64,000 nucleotides of DNA from Octopus vulgaris (taxonomy: Eukaryota). The notes beneath the pieces were generated by a model. The model did not search any database and had not been told where the DNA came from. It saw only the letters and a program-made list of their open reading frames with translations. The stretch spans positions 83,700,001 through 83,764,000 of the forward strand of contig OX597820.1 of the NCBI GenBank assembly GCA_951406725.2, given 5' to 3'. The position numbers and the translations under genes are program-made. Position 1 is the first letter of the stretch. Each line of letters begins with the position of its first letter. Below are positions 51,007 to 64,000 of this stretch, one piece after another.

Positions 51007-52059
51007 TGAGAGAGAGAGAGATATGCATGCAATCAAAGAGAGATCAAAGACTGAAAAATATCTGACGATGAATATTTAGGTGTATATATATAGAGAGAGA
51101 TATTTACATGAATAGATCAAACTTATACAGAGTACAAACGACAGAGAAACGTAATGAAGAGGCATGGTATTATAAGTTCAATAGCTGTTTCTAGGGGCTC
51201 AGTGATCCATCAGAATTTCGGAAAGTGTAGTTCACCTTAATATGGAAGTCGCAATGATGAATCTCTATGACATCAGATACAGTCGTCGGACACTTCGACT
51301 CTTCCCTTCAATTTTCTCTATCATTTGTACTCTGTGTAATTTTGATCCTATTCATTTCAATTTCTTTTATCTTTCTATCATTGGTGCGAGTGCATGCAGG
51401 AGCACCGCCTTGAAGAGCCGAAGCATACTGAACGCTTCACGAGTTGGCGTATCATCTATAGATTTATGTGTGCGTGTTTTTAAGATACGTATAGTAACCT
51501 CATACCAATTTATGCCATATGCTATTTATCAACACATTGCTTTGATAGGGAATGCCGTTAGTACATGCACATTATATTGAAGTGAGAATAATGTAGTTGA
51601 GAGTCAACGTCTTGCCAAAATGTCCTTGGTTCAATGTGACAATTTTTGATTAGCTTAAGGCAATATTGAGTCGGATTTTGTGTTTATATGTGTTTAAGTT
51701 CCTAGTAGCTGTAAAATAAAAATGTAGCTATTAATTGCAAGGTTGATAATGTCGACACAGCTTTTCACTCGTGACGACTGTGCTAGCATTATCAAAGGTT
51801 AGAATCTATAACCTTTTCATCACGGCATAATACAAAGAAATCTAGACCAATATTTATTGCCGCTACTGCTGTGTCTACTTCGACTTCTTATAGGGAATAA
51901 TAATATCAGAAATTGACGTTAATGCTTTGCATAACCTCTGCCTCCAGATTTGGCTTTGGCTTAGTTTTTCACACACACACACCCAGTACAGACGCACAAC
52001 AAGCTAGAATTGAATAAATATATAGTGACGGCGGTGGTTATAGTAACAACGACAGTAAA

Positions 52060-52190
52060 GATGATGACGATGATGATAATAATGATGATGATGAGGAGGA
52101 GGAGGAGGAGGATGAGGAGGATGAGGAGGAGGATGCTGCTGCTGCTGATGGTGATGATGACTACTATTATTATTATGATAATGATGATGA
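52060..52190. repeat. (GAT)/(GAG)n compound microsatellite
   Basis: Direct observation. Confidence 0.9.
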
Positions 52191-54464
52191 TTCATGGTTC
52201 ATCAACTTTATAGCAACATATGTATTATTTGTTAAAAAGAGATATAAATGATTTCAGAAATAAGGTAAAGTCTATAGCAGCATCTATAACACCAGTATGG
52301 TTGAAGAACATTACAGTACTTCTGCCTCTTATAATGAAAGGAACAATGTGTCATGACAAATGTTTTAGATATACAGTAAAATGATACCATCATATACCAA
52401 AGATGTACCCTATAACCAGTGAAATTATTTCAAAACATGAGATGAAAGCAACATTTCAAATACATAATTAACGAATGTGGGATATTTTCCAAATTCAAAT
52501 TAACTCCTTTCTTTATATATTCACTTGCTTGTTCCAATGACACGAGTTTCTATTCTGAATTGCAATTACTTCAACATTCATTTCTAAGATTATCTGTCGA
52601 TTACCGAAACCAATCGTTATCAATACTTTCATCTCTCTTTTTATTTCACTATTTCTTTCTTAACTCGCTTATATCTCTTTTATCTTCTTATCTCCTTGTC
52701 TTAACACTTCATCCAACATACAACTCTCTAATTTGCTTCAGTCTTCTATGTCAATTTTACGAGTTTCTGTCTTTCCTTCTCTCTTCGTCTCTCGGTGTAT
52801 CTATATATGCACATACACACAACCTACATATGCACACCCTCAGCAATCGTTTACAAGGATACACTCACACGCATACACACAAAGCTCGTACGCTCGCATT
52901 CACAAAGATTACGCATGCGCACACTCACACACGCACACATGAACAAATTTGCCCGCTTGTGAAAAGTATAAAATCGCATTTCGAAAATAATAATAGTATA
53001 TGCAGTTAAATTAATTCAACATATTCTGAAGATCAAATTGCTGGATTTTGAGCTCAGTCTCTAGGGTACATGCGTGTATATATAATAGCATACATTGATA
53101 TCACCTTTTGAAGCATGCGATTGGATTACTACTATATATACATAATTGGATTATATAATTGACGGTGTTGATGCCAACTTTAAATTCCCCGAAAATCATG
53201 CAAAGTATCCAAAATCTTGAATACTCTGCTGATGTATAAAATCAGTGCACTTTATGTCATCTGTCTTGACAATTAATAATTAATTATCATATTCAACTGT
53301 TGGTTAAATTAACATTAGCGCTAATTGAAATACTTCATCGAAATAACTAGAATATGTCTTGGAGAAACATGGCATTGACACCAAAATCAAGAATATTTCA
53401 GAGAGAAAATATATAAATACATTAGCACACAAAAATTGCTTACACTGGTTGACATGTGAGAAATAGTTAATAAAGATATACAAAGGGAATTTTTTATATT
53501 GTAGAAAAAACAGAAATATTCCATGAACGCATAACTTGAAACGGTTGAGAAAATTATCAAAGTACTACTATAATATTATTGTTGTTTTTTCTGAATAACT
53601 ATTAATAATTAGTCTTGGAATTTGAGAATTTTCAACACCTAGAAATTAAATTTCTTCAATTTTGTGATGTCTAAATGTATGGCAACCTTGTTAAGTAATG
53701 GTTTCATACTCTTATTACCTGGTGACGAATGCATCATATGGATATATAAATCTATACATATGAATTTAACGTGGGCGATTCTTTCTTCTCTTGGGATTCA
53801 CGGTCAAACGGCTGGGTAGAATTACGCGAAAAATGACACAGATGTATAGAATCACCTAGTGGTGATGCTGTGCTTTGTATTTTTTCATAACTCCCATGAT
53901 TACCGAGATCATCTACTATAATAATACTCTTGTGTTTATAAATGAGAAAGGAAGGGGTGATAGATGAATAAGGAAGGAAGGGGTGATGTCATATTTAGTA
54001 GTGGGATGATGAATATTGTAAGCTGAAAAAATACATCAAACGGCGTTTCAACTCTGTCTGAATGTATGTGTGTGTATATAAAAGGGGTATATTAATGTGT
54101 GTGTTTGCTTGTATGCGTGTGTGTTTGTGTGTGCGTGTACGGATCCACAATAGAAGTGGGATGGTTCATCTTTCTTCGCTTATTATTGGGATTATTTTTT
54201 GATTTGGTTGAATCTTCGTTCTTTTTTTTTGTTGGTCAATTATTTCTAGAGTTTTGACAGAAAAAGTCTTTCTAAAATTGTTTTTAACATAAACGTACCC
54301 AAACAAGTCGAATGTTTACACAGAGGAGGTTTTACAGCCACATCATCCAAACCGACCGGGCTTAGCTGCTAGTTATTATATAAAGTAATGCTCACAATAA
54401 ACACATTTGTATACATTCAGTGTTTGTATATGGCTAACAAGGTAGAAACATCGATGCCTGGGTA

Positions 54465-54482
54465 CCCGTCAGGTGGCAGCAC
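54465..54482 (+). promoter_or_regulatory. Candidate CTCF-binding motif
   Basis: CCCGTCAGGTGGCAGCAC closely matches the CCASYAGRKGGCRS core consensus and lies in apparently non-repetitive sequence. Confidence 0.4.
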
Positions 54483-54642
54483 TGGATAGATATGGTGTTT
54501 TTAATCCTGCTCCATAGCGGAGAATTTTTTTCTCCACGGTAATTGCAAAGAATTTGCATTCAGCATTTGAAGTATATCACAATCATATTTAACCTTAGCT
54601 AACTTCGCTTATTCCCAAACACTGTTGGCAGCTGATACTAAT

Positions 54643-54684
<42 letters not shown>

Positions 54685-54950
54685 CACGCACACACACACA
54701 CACTTATATATAACTGAAAACAGTGTGATTCGGATTCCCTGCCACATATATAACTTCTTACCTTTCCATTTGTTTATGTCATTGGACAACGGCCGAGCTG
54801 GACCACCTCGGTAGTGGGTTTATTCGAACAAATCAACACCTGCACTAATTTTTAAAGCCTGATAATTATCATGAAGGTTTCCTATTTGGAAGTGTTAAGT
54901 TTCAGTGAAGGAAACAAACCATCACTGATTTTAAAGGGGTGGTTTGAGAG

Positions 54951-54998
<48 letters not shown>

Positions 54999-55518
54999 AT
55001 AGGTATAAACATGCATACACACCTATATTTACATGCCGTAGAGATCTTTTCCTTTCTCTCACCATATTCACTCAAAAGGCGTGTCACGAAGTGGTGCTCA
55101 AGGGCAAAGATTCTGCGAAGTGGGACGGAAAGCATATTGGGTAGTAAATTTGCTACGAAATACCCGCGCCAGCGCTTATCTATATGCGTGTGTGTGTGTG
55201 CGTGTACGTGTGTGTGTGTCTGTGTGTCTGTGTCTGTGTATCGTAAAATCGACAAAGATAGTGCAGTGAAGGTCCTGGGAACTGTAAAATTCAACGTTTG
55301 GAACTGATTCTTATTTTCGGGAAAAAGTGACAGGAGAGAAATTAATGAGAACCGGCAAATCTTTTATATTGTGCGAGTAAATAGAACTGGATTCTACTTA
55401 GAAGATGTAAAACTCTACAACCTCTCACAAAATGTTTGCCCTAGCAACTATCTTGTGAAGAAGAACTGTATTGAAAACGTATTTGCACTTCTATATTAGA
55501 TCCCCACTCTATTTGTGC

Positions 55519-55571
<53 letters not shown>

Positions 55572-55946
55572 CGAAGGTACTACACGGGCAACTACATCGC
55601 TGAGAATAGAAATCACAAATACTTCTGTATATATACGTATATATTGTGTAGTGTTCCGTGATGGTAAGATCAACAATAATGTACTCCATATGGTAAGCGA
55701 TAAATACTATTTAATAAACACATTTTATATTTTTATTGGCTACTAATTGTTTAATGGGAAGAGAACAACTCAGATAGCATTTTCTACCACGTCTGGTGCC
55801 TTCAGGTAATATTCATCCTGGCACCACACATATAAAATGCTGTCTGAGTTGATTTCATCACGTGAAACCATTAGTGGCTCATAGAAAAGTATATACTCTG
55901 TTTATTAACTAATAAATATATATAATATATGTGTGTGTCTATATAT

Positions 55947-55981
<35 letters not shown>

Positions 55982-55998
55982 CACATACACACGCGCAT

Positions 55999-56048
<50 letters not shown>

Positions 56049-56119
56049 ATATTTAAATATATGCACATATACATACATATATTTAAATACCTACATATAT
56101 ATATTTATATACACGCATA

Positions 56120-56695
56120 TATGGATACAGGAAATGATGAACACAATGGGAAACGAAAACATAAAAAGAAAGGCATAGAAACGAACCTTTTTCGAACAAC
56201 GAAAAACCCCCCAGAGAAACGAGATATACAACATAAGGAATATTCCGCTTCTTTAGTTGCCCCTGTTCCATTACTCATCGTTACGAAGGCAAGGACAAGA
56301 GGCAACTTCGTTAAAACAGTCCTTCCCGCAAAGCAAATTAAATAAAATTTGGAATTTTTTGCAGAGGGTGACAGTGGTAGCAAGAACAGGACAGTGAGAA
56401 CAAAATCGGTAAAAACAACAGTGAGCTCTGTTAAGCCAAGACAATAGAAAATTATTATGAACGCTAAAGAAGTCGAGCTTATGAAAGAGGCTGTATAAGC
56501 ATGCTTTTTCTTTACGAAGGCTGTGGGCAGAGAGAGAGAGAGAGATTATCTTTCGTCACGTGTTAGTGACGAGAGAGTCGAGGAAGAGGAGTGAGAGAGA
56601 GGGAACGGTGAAGGGGAGAGGAGAATAGGGAAGTGTGGGAGAGAACATCAGAAGGGATGAAGAACAAGAGAGGGAGAGAGATAGACACAGAGGAG
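56120..56695 (-). repeat. ~600-bp dispersed repeat, copy 2
   Basis: Reverse-complement similarity with 6240-6855. Confidence 0.8.
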
Positions 56696-57250
56696 TGTGT
56701 GGGTAAAATTTTGATTTGGCATTTATTGTCATCTCTTCTCTCTCTTTCCAAATCTACAAAATTACACTCATATGATATTTTCACTTACAATTTACATTAC
56801 ATTCCTCTTTGCTCTTTCTTATATGTATTTTTCATGTCTCAACCCTAATTACCATTTTTGCCTTATGTAGACACTTTTCTTCAAATGCTCATTTTCTATC
56901 TATATATTCTCCAAAGTAACATAATAACTATGGTATTATTTTTAGCATTATATTTTCGTTTGCATATGTAGAATCAATGTGTCTTTTTTTGCGCAAAACT
57001 ATCTATTAGGCTATCTCTAGATCTCTACATTATATCAACATTTCTCTTTGTCCTTGATTCTCTCTCTCTCTCTCTTTCTATATAACTATTACTGTTCGCC
57101 ATATACTTCTTGCAGCGTGTTTGTCAACATTGCCTTCTATTACCCTTCATAATCATTATTCTGACTTCACTTTCTTTCGTCTTTTTCTTTTTAGAATTTT
57201 TTATCTCTTTTCCGAGCACCACCATATACAGGTACTCACATCATCATTAT

Positions 57251-57586
<336 letters not shown>

Positions 57587-58054
57587 ATGTGAGTGCGTAT
57601 GTCCATATAGATATGAGCTGTGTATATTCTTTAACGAAGCGCATTATTACGATTCTGATTACATTAGTAACATTCTTCAGATGAAAATCATTGCCTCGGG
57701 TCATTGGCCTTTGAAGTTGTGAAGAAATCTAAGTTTTACCACATTACCATATACCTATTACACATTCATGCTTCAGTACAAATAGTAGCAGCAGGCTAGT
57801 TCGAAATGTACGGAATCTGTGTCATTCGAGATAAGATTTTGTTGCCGATAGTGACAAAGAAATATTTTACTTCAGCCTAACCAGAACTATAGATTGTACA
57901 CTTCATCACAGAGAATCATTAACCTGATAGGATTACAATGTACTTATATTAATGATATGAATATCGGAAAACTTCTAAATTTTCCATTATTCCAGCCTCA
58001 ATCTACAGGCTGTTTCAGACCTGATTTATGGAGGTGTAGCAGCATGATTTCCAA

Positions 58055-58138
<84 letters not shown>
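58055..58138. repeat. (TTA)n microsatellite
   Basis: Direct observation. Confidence 0.95.
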
Positions 58139-58141
58139 TTG

Positions 58142-58716
58142 ATTGAGTGAGAGAGCAGTGCATGCCATCGAAGTGACACTGGGGTAAAATATACGAAGCC
58201 CAGTATGCCCAACATGACTACCTGTCTGATAAGGGTACACTAGGCACATGCATCACAACCATATGTGCGGGACATGGTGATCTCACATCAAGATAAACAG
58301 CACATGACCTTGCAGGTGGGGCCCAGTTAGAATTTTCTTCAGGTCGAGTAACCCATCCCGCTCAAAAGGTCCCTGAATAAGGGTTGTTTAAGGATGTTGA
58401 ACGAAACACCTATGTTTCCAGAGGTGAATTATTCAAACCCCAAAGAATCCCTCTCAACACAGGGCTATGATGCTCCCCCACTACTTCTGCTCATGATCAG
58501 AGATGTACATATCGGCAGCCACTAAGGGACATGCTCAACTGGTTAAGGTCAAACAACTGGCAAGCAAATCTGTTTTATTGAGCAGAATATTTGCTGTAGC
58601 CCATCTTTCATACCAAGACAAAACAATGTACATGATAACACTTCCAATCAGTTAAGATCAGAAGCCACGAGAGCCACTGCCTGGTACTGAATCAGGGCAA
58701 GTACTGCATCAGGGCA
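58142..58716 (-). mobile_element. ~575-bp non-coding interspersed element embedded in (TAA)n
   Basis: GC-richer block with (TTA)n on both sides, a second partial copy at 45171-45340 and a 17-bp terminal tandem duplication gtactg(a/c)atcagggcaa. Orientation is inferred. Confidence 0.75.
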
Positions 58717-58718
58717 AT

Positions 58719-58880
<162 letters not shown>

Positions 58881-59067
58881 ACTCTTTTACTCTTTTACTT
58901 GTTTCAGTAATTTGACAGCGGTCATGCTGGAGCACCGCCTTTAATCGAGCAACTCGACCCCGGGACTTATTCCATCGGTCTCTTTTGCCGAACTGCTAAG
59001 TAACGGGGACATAAACACGCCAGCATCGGTTGTCAAGCAATGCTAGGGGGACAAACATAGACACAGA

Positions 59068-59105
<38 letters not shown>

Positions 59106-59275
59106 GATATACATATATACAACAGTCTTCTTTCAGTTTCCGTCTACCAAATCCACTCACAAGGCTTTGGTCGGCCCGAGGCTATAGTAGAAGACACTTG
59201 CCCAAGGTGCCACGCAGTGGGACTGAACCCGGAACCATGTGGGTTGTAAGCAAACTACTTACCACACAGCCACTC
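58881..59275 (-). mobile_element. Near full-length OK-type tRNA-derived SINE
   Basis: Minus strand: A box TGGCTGTGTGG, B box GGTTCAGTCC, body, internal (TG)n, and a 3' tail ...gaaacaagtaaaagagtaaaagagt. Confidence 0.92.
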
Positions 59276-59289
59276 TATTCAGAATTTTA

Positions 59290-60033
59290 ATTTTTATCAC
59301 GTGTTCTCACTACACTACCGAACACAGCTCAGTATGCCTTAGGTAATGCTGTGGTTTGTCGTAATGCTCTTGTAGTCACTTTTGTGTAGGACGTGTGAAG
59401 TGCTTAGTAGTGCTATTTTCTGCATGCTATATATATTTGTTAGTCCTGGCATTTTTGTTATGTATTTTCCTGAATATTGTTTTATCGTTTTTTGACGTCT
59501 GTTGTTATCGATACATCAATTAGAAAGCATTTTTTTTTCTTTCATGACCTCTGACAACTATATCTGGCCTATTGGCTTTGATTTCTCTATCTGTGTTTAT
59601 TGGCATATCCCTTAGTATTGTTGCTATCCCATTTCTGTAACCTTTTCAGGTGTGTTCACATAGCATCTTTTTCTGTCGTTATTCCATAGCGTTGGCATAT
59701 CTTCCAGTGTACGTAGGTCTCAACTCTCTCGTGTCTGTGAATATATTCCTTCATAGCCAGGACTGGGCAGCCAGAGACAATATGACTAATTGATTTTTGT
59801 CCATCTCCAAATATTCTGCAGTTACTTGTTATGTTTCTTTTCATTATATGATTTTGGTAATTTCTGTTGGGTAGGCTTTGGTCTCTTGCTGCAAGTAAAT
59901 ATCCTTCAGTCTCTTCTCAACCGTTGCTGGTATGTTGCTTTGTCTGTTTCTTTGGCGTTTAGTTTAGCCCAGTATTTGCCATGAAGGGGCTTTCCTTTCC
60001 ATCGTTACTCTTTTACACTTTTACACACACACT

Positions 60034-60066
<33 letters not shown>

Positions 60067-60650
60067 GCGATAGGCTTCTTTCAGTTACCGTCTACCAAAT
60101 CCACTCACAATGACATGATCAGCCTGAGGCTATAGTAGAAGACACTTGGCCAAGGTGACACGCAGTAGGACTGAACCCAGATCCATGTGGTTCGTAAGCA
60201 AGGTACATACCACACAGCCACTCCTACACCTATAATGATCATGATATCATGATCCGTTGCTCTTCTACTTTTAGTCTGGATTTCATTTGTTTTACAGCCT
60301 TTGTTGTTTCTTCTTTTTCGTCGTAGTTGTTAGATAGTATGACTTCTTTTATGTATTTGTGAGATTCCTTAAAAATTGGAAACAGTTTTTGTTTTGATCA
60401 TGTTTTGTGGCTATTTGTAGTAGTTTTCCGTGCTTCTGAAGTAGGTATTTTTGCAAGTCATATGGTGGTTATTTTGTAATAGATTGCTAGCTGTATAAGG
60501 CCTCTACCACTTTCTATACGTTGTATATATAACCTTTCTATGTGAGATTTTGGTTGCTGCATCCTAAATTCTGTCACTTTTTTCTTGTTATCCTGTCTAT
60601 TTTGATTAGTTCATTTAGTGTCCAGTTAAGGTTATTCTAGTTGTATTATC
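59290..60650 (-). mobile_element. Dong/R4-like LINE 3' portion interrupted by a SINE
   Basis: KPLHGKYW, GYLLAARDQSLPNRNYQ, CRIFGDGQKSISHIVSGCPVLAMKEYIHRH (zinc knuckle), ANRPDIVV...CFLIDVS. Confidence 0.9.
60067..60230 (-). mobile_element. OK-type SINE 5' half inserted in LINE
   Basis: ggcttctttcagttaccgtctaccaaatccactcacaa...taccacacagccactcct matches 59125-59275. Confidence 0.9.
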
Positions 60651-60769
60651 ATGTATTATTATTATTGATATTATTATTGTTGTCGTTGTTGTTGTTTTTG
60701 TTGATCTTCTTCTTTTTGTTGTTATTATTATTATCAATATTATCGACACTTTTTCTCTGTCTCATGTTA

Positions 60770-61915
60770 TGCCGACATTAAACCAAACGAGCAAGCCAGA
60801 ACAAATGGTCAATTGTCCTTTGCGTCGTTCCTTCAACTGTCTAGAAACTCTTTAGAATCCGTGCTGTTCCTAATAAGGCAGTCTTCTGCAGAATTTCCAT
60901 TTACATGGTAATTCCTAGCTTCTCAAGCCGTGCATCGAACCTGCTACTAAATGCCCCCAGTACACCATTCACAATTGGTAGCATTTCTAAATACTTGGTT
61001 TTCCATATTTTCCTAATTATACTTATCAGCTCCTGGTATTTCTCAACTTTATTACTTTCCTTCTCATTTGCTCTGTTGTACCACTTTGAGGCAATATCCA
61101 CAATAATATCAGGTTTCTAGGCATAATAAAATGGTGATATTGGATGGTCATGTTCCATTAGATCTTACATTGTTCATTTTCAGCAACTTATTCCTGTTGG
61201 TTCTCATACCTTTCTCACTTTTGCTCATCTCATACTTATGACAGGTGTTCCAGAGAGCCTATCTGGCAATGCTACCGGGGTGCCTTTTCTTGTTTCCTTT
61301 TTGTACATGCATCTTACATTTACTAATAATGTAGTTTATTGTTTCACCATTCTCCCCCACATATCCTATAAAGCGGGTAAATGACTTCCGAAGATTGAAC
61401 TTGACGTAATTCGTTTCTGTATCTGTTCTACGGTTGCAAAGATATGTGCTTCAGTTACAATTTTCAACTCGCTTTCCCTACTCCATTCCAAGTGATTATT
61501 TTTGTCAAGTGTTTCAGGCATTTCCAGCAAGAATTGTATCTGCCTTTCCAACTATTCAAGGTGTTAATCTGTTTGTCATGTTTAAATTATATTTTTTCTA
61601 TTGCTTTATCACTGATAAAGACTATTCATGCTATCAATTTCTCCTTTGAATTCTTTACATACAATGTCACATTATTTTCCTCAGACTTCAAACACAATTT
61701 ACTGCTAATGTGATCTCTTCCTCCTCTCTGTCGTGATAGATACATGCTGTCCACTTTTGGGGTGTAGAAACCCTTGTAATACCATCATTTTCCAGGTATT
61801 TCCATCAAGGTCCTTAAGTTCATCCCTGCTCCACTCTATCATACCCGCTATATATCTTGTAGAGGGAAAAGTGATTAACTTAAGGCCGGTCGTGGACGCT
61901 ACTGGAAATATGTAA
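60770..61915 (-). mobile_element. RLE-type LINE 3' portion (distinct family)
   Basis: KPDIIVDIA...NRANEKESNKVEKYQEL...IWK...LPIVNGVLGAF...LQKTALLGTARIL. Upstream WSRDELKDLD...GFLHPKS. Confidence 0.88.
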
Positions 61916-62479
61916 GCCAGCACAACCTCTGTCCCATGGTCGAGTCATCGGGGATGAAAGCGGCAACGCCATGAATTTCCATGGCAAGGAGGAGGGTTTT
62001 TGGACATCGTGCGGGATGAATAACAAAACCTGTCACAAGGTGGAGAAAATCAGGCGAGTCAACTGTCATCCTAAAACTTTTAAAGTTTGCAGCTACAGAG
62101 TATAAAATGCTGGATCGGTGACCAGTGCATGATATCTCCCTACAATTTTAAGGTGCGAGGGCTCCTGAAAGTTGCTTATGTTACACTCTAGAGATGGTTT
62201 CTCAAAACCAAAAAGGTAATAAATACAAATCACGGTCATGAAGAACCTTAAAATCACTGACCTTGATGTGTAAAACGAATCAAAGCAATCATTTACACAA
62301 AGACCTGGGTGGTGTTGGAGCTTGTAGAGAAAATACCTCGTCTGGAATTTGTGTTCTAGGTGACCATCGCAGGCTCAGGCATCGTCATTATACAAGAATG
62401 AAGTGGGTTAAGGCGGTAACGTATAAATGTTTTATGTATACTGTGTGCGGTGCCTACTAGTGGTATTTTTTGTATGTTA

Positions 62480-62868
62480 TACATATTCATAATTACTTGT
62501 ATTTTGGCTCTATATTTGTCTGTTTTTAAATCCACATCCGGGTTTGCCCTATTTCCAGATTTTTGTATTTTGCAAGTTTCTCCGTTTCTTTTAGAGACAC
62601 CTTGTAATCCGGATGGGATTAATACGATGATTAGAAAGCATTTCTCTACTTGATGATTATAACAACCATATGCTTGATCTATCTATCTGTGTGCTTTTTC
62701 TATGGTTGCTGTTGTATAGTGAAACTGTATACCTCTACTTTACAACAGTTGCTTTGTTATCTTCTTAGAAACTTTGCGAGATACGCTCATACCACCCTTT
62801 CCTTTGGACATCCCATAGCGTCGGCATAGCTTCCAGTCTATTTAGGAATCAACTGTCATGTGTCACCT

Positions 62869-62934
<66 letters not shown>

Positions 62935-64000
62935 TTAATGTGTGTGAGTCAGTAAAATTGTGACTTCATGTTTATTGTCGTCTCTTGTCTGTCTTTCCAA
63001 ATCTACAAAGGTACATGTTTTCACTTAGAATTTAATCATATCCCTATTTTTTTATTCTCGTAGGTACTTATTCATGACTCTTCCAGGCCATATAGGTCCC
63101 AACTGTCATGTCTGGGTATATATTCGTTCTTTATTGTTTCTTCTTCATCAAATCATATTCTGCCGTTACTTTTGTATTTTACTTTATTATGTGCTTCTAG
63201 TGGTTTCTTGTGGGGTGGTTTTGATATTTGCCGCAATTAAATATCCTTCAGTCTCTGGTATGTCTTCTGAATTTCTGAAATACTTTTGGGATTTTACTTC
63301 GTCTATTTTTCTCTTTATTTTATCTCTGTATTTGCCTTTGAATGGCTTTTCCTGCAATCATTTTATCATAAAATATTTCGTTCCAGTTTTAGTTTAGATT
63401 TCAGTCGCTCTAAAAATTTAATTGTTTGCTCTTTGTTGTCATAGTTCTAAGTTACTATGACTCTTTCCTTGTAGCCTTCGACTTCCTTAAAGACTGATAA
63501 GAGGGGATTTTGATTTCCTTGTGTTTTGTGGTTATTTGTGTCAGTTTTCCTTGCTTCTGAGTTAGATGTTCTGTAATCATATGGCGGTTCTTTTATAGAA
63601 GTCTTGTATAAGACTTCCAATACTTCAGCTCTGTGTCAGATTTTGTGTGAGTATTAAAAAATCCGTCATTATTTTACTTGTTTTCCTCTCTAGTGTAGTT
63701 AAATCATTTAGTGTCCAAGTAAGAATATTGTAATTGTAACTCATAAACTGGGACAGCTATATTATTGATACATATTATCTTGCGTTTAGTATTGAGCTCT
63801 GTTTAAATATTAATCTAACTGGTCTATAGTATTCTTCCACATCTCCTGTTTCCTTTGTGTGTGTCGTATCGTATCAAGTTTATTGATTCTTAAGTATTTG
63901 TCATCATCATGTTTTCGATAGCTTTATGCGAATTTCTACTACTTCACGAGGTACAGCTAAATTTTCCTGATGTTGGTTCCACGATATTTTCTTATTTGAA
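62480..64000 (-). mobile_element. Dong/R4-like LINE fragment running off the window end
   Basis: Minus strand YKVSLKETEKLAKYKNLEI...MW, ETEGYLIAA, LVRLIFKQSSI, YNYNILTWTLNDL, KYLRI. Interrupted by (TA)n at ~62871-62932. Confidence 0.82.

Noticed and set aside
58600-58716. HDV-like or hammerhead ribozyme at the end of the (TAA)n-embedded element
   Set aside because: CTGATGC lacks the conserved A, and I could not assemble P1/P3/L3 of an HDV fold.

Overview
AT-rich, microsatellite-dense eukaryotic DNA, most likely an intergenic or long intronic stretch of an octopus genome. I infer the taxon from recalling the Octopus OK-type and CORE/OR-type tRNA-derived SINE families; no search was run. I found no intact host protein-coding gene, and most ORFs in the track are microsatellite artefacts (YIYIYI, poly-I/N) or pieces of decayed transposons. 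The window is a graveyard of mobile elements: at least five Penelope-like (GIY-YIG) relics, about seven fragments of restriction-like-endonuclease LINEs (Dong/R4-like), RTE, CR1 and L1/Tx1 fragments, one Gypsy pol fragment, a possible solo LTR, four Tc1/mariner relics, a Helentron-type non-autonomous element and many SINEs. The most interesting signals are RNA structures. (1) A ~535-bp palindrome at 23188-23722 carries an intact-looking type I hammerhead ribozyme core on one arm and a core-mutated copy on the other. (2) Further degenerate hammerhead motifs are tied to Penelope relics. (3) A head-to-head SINE hairpin lies at ~18 kb. (4) A geometrically clean H-type pseudoknot sits at the 5' end of a short RTE-like element. 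These build on known biology, and I cannot claim a wholly new system from sequence alone. Coordinates of decayed elements are approximate.
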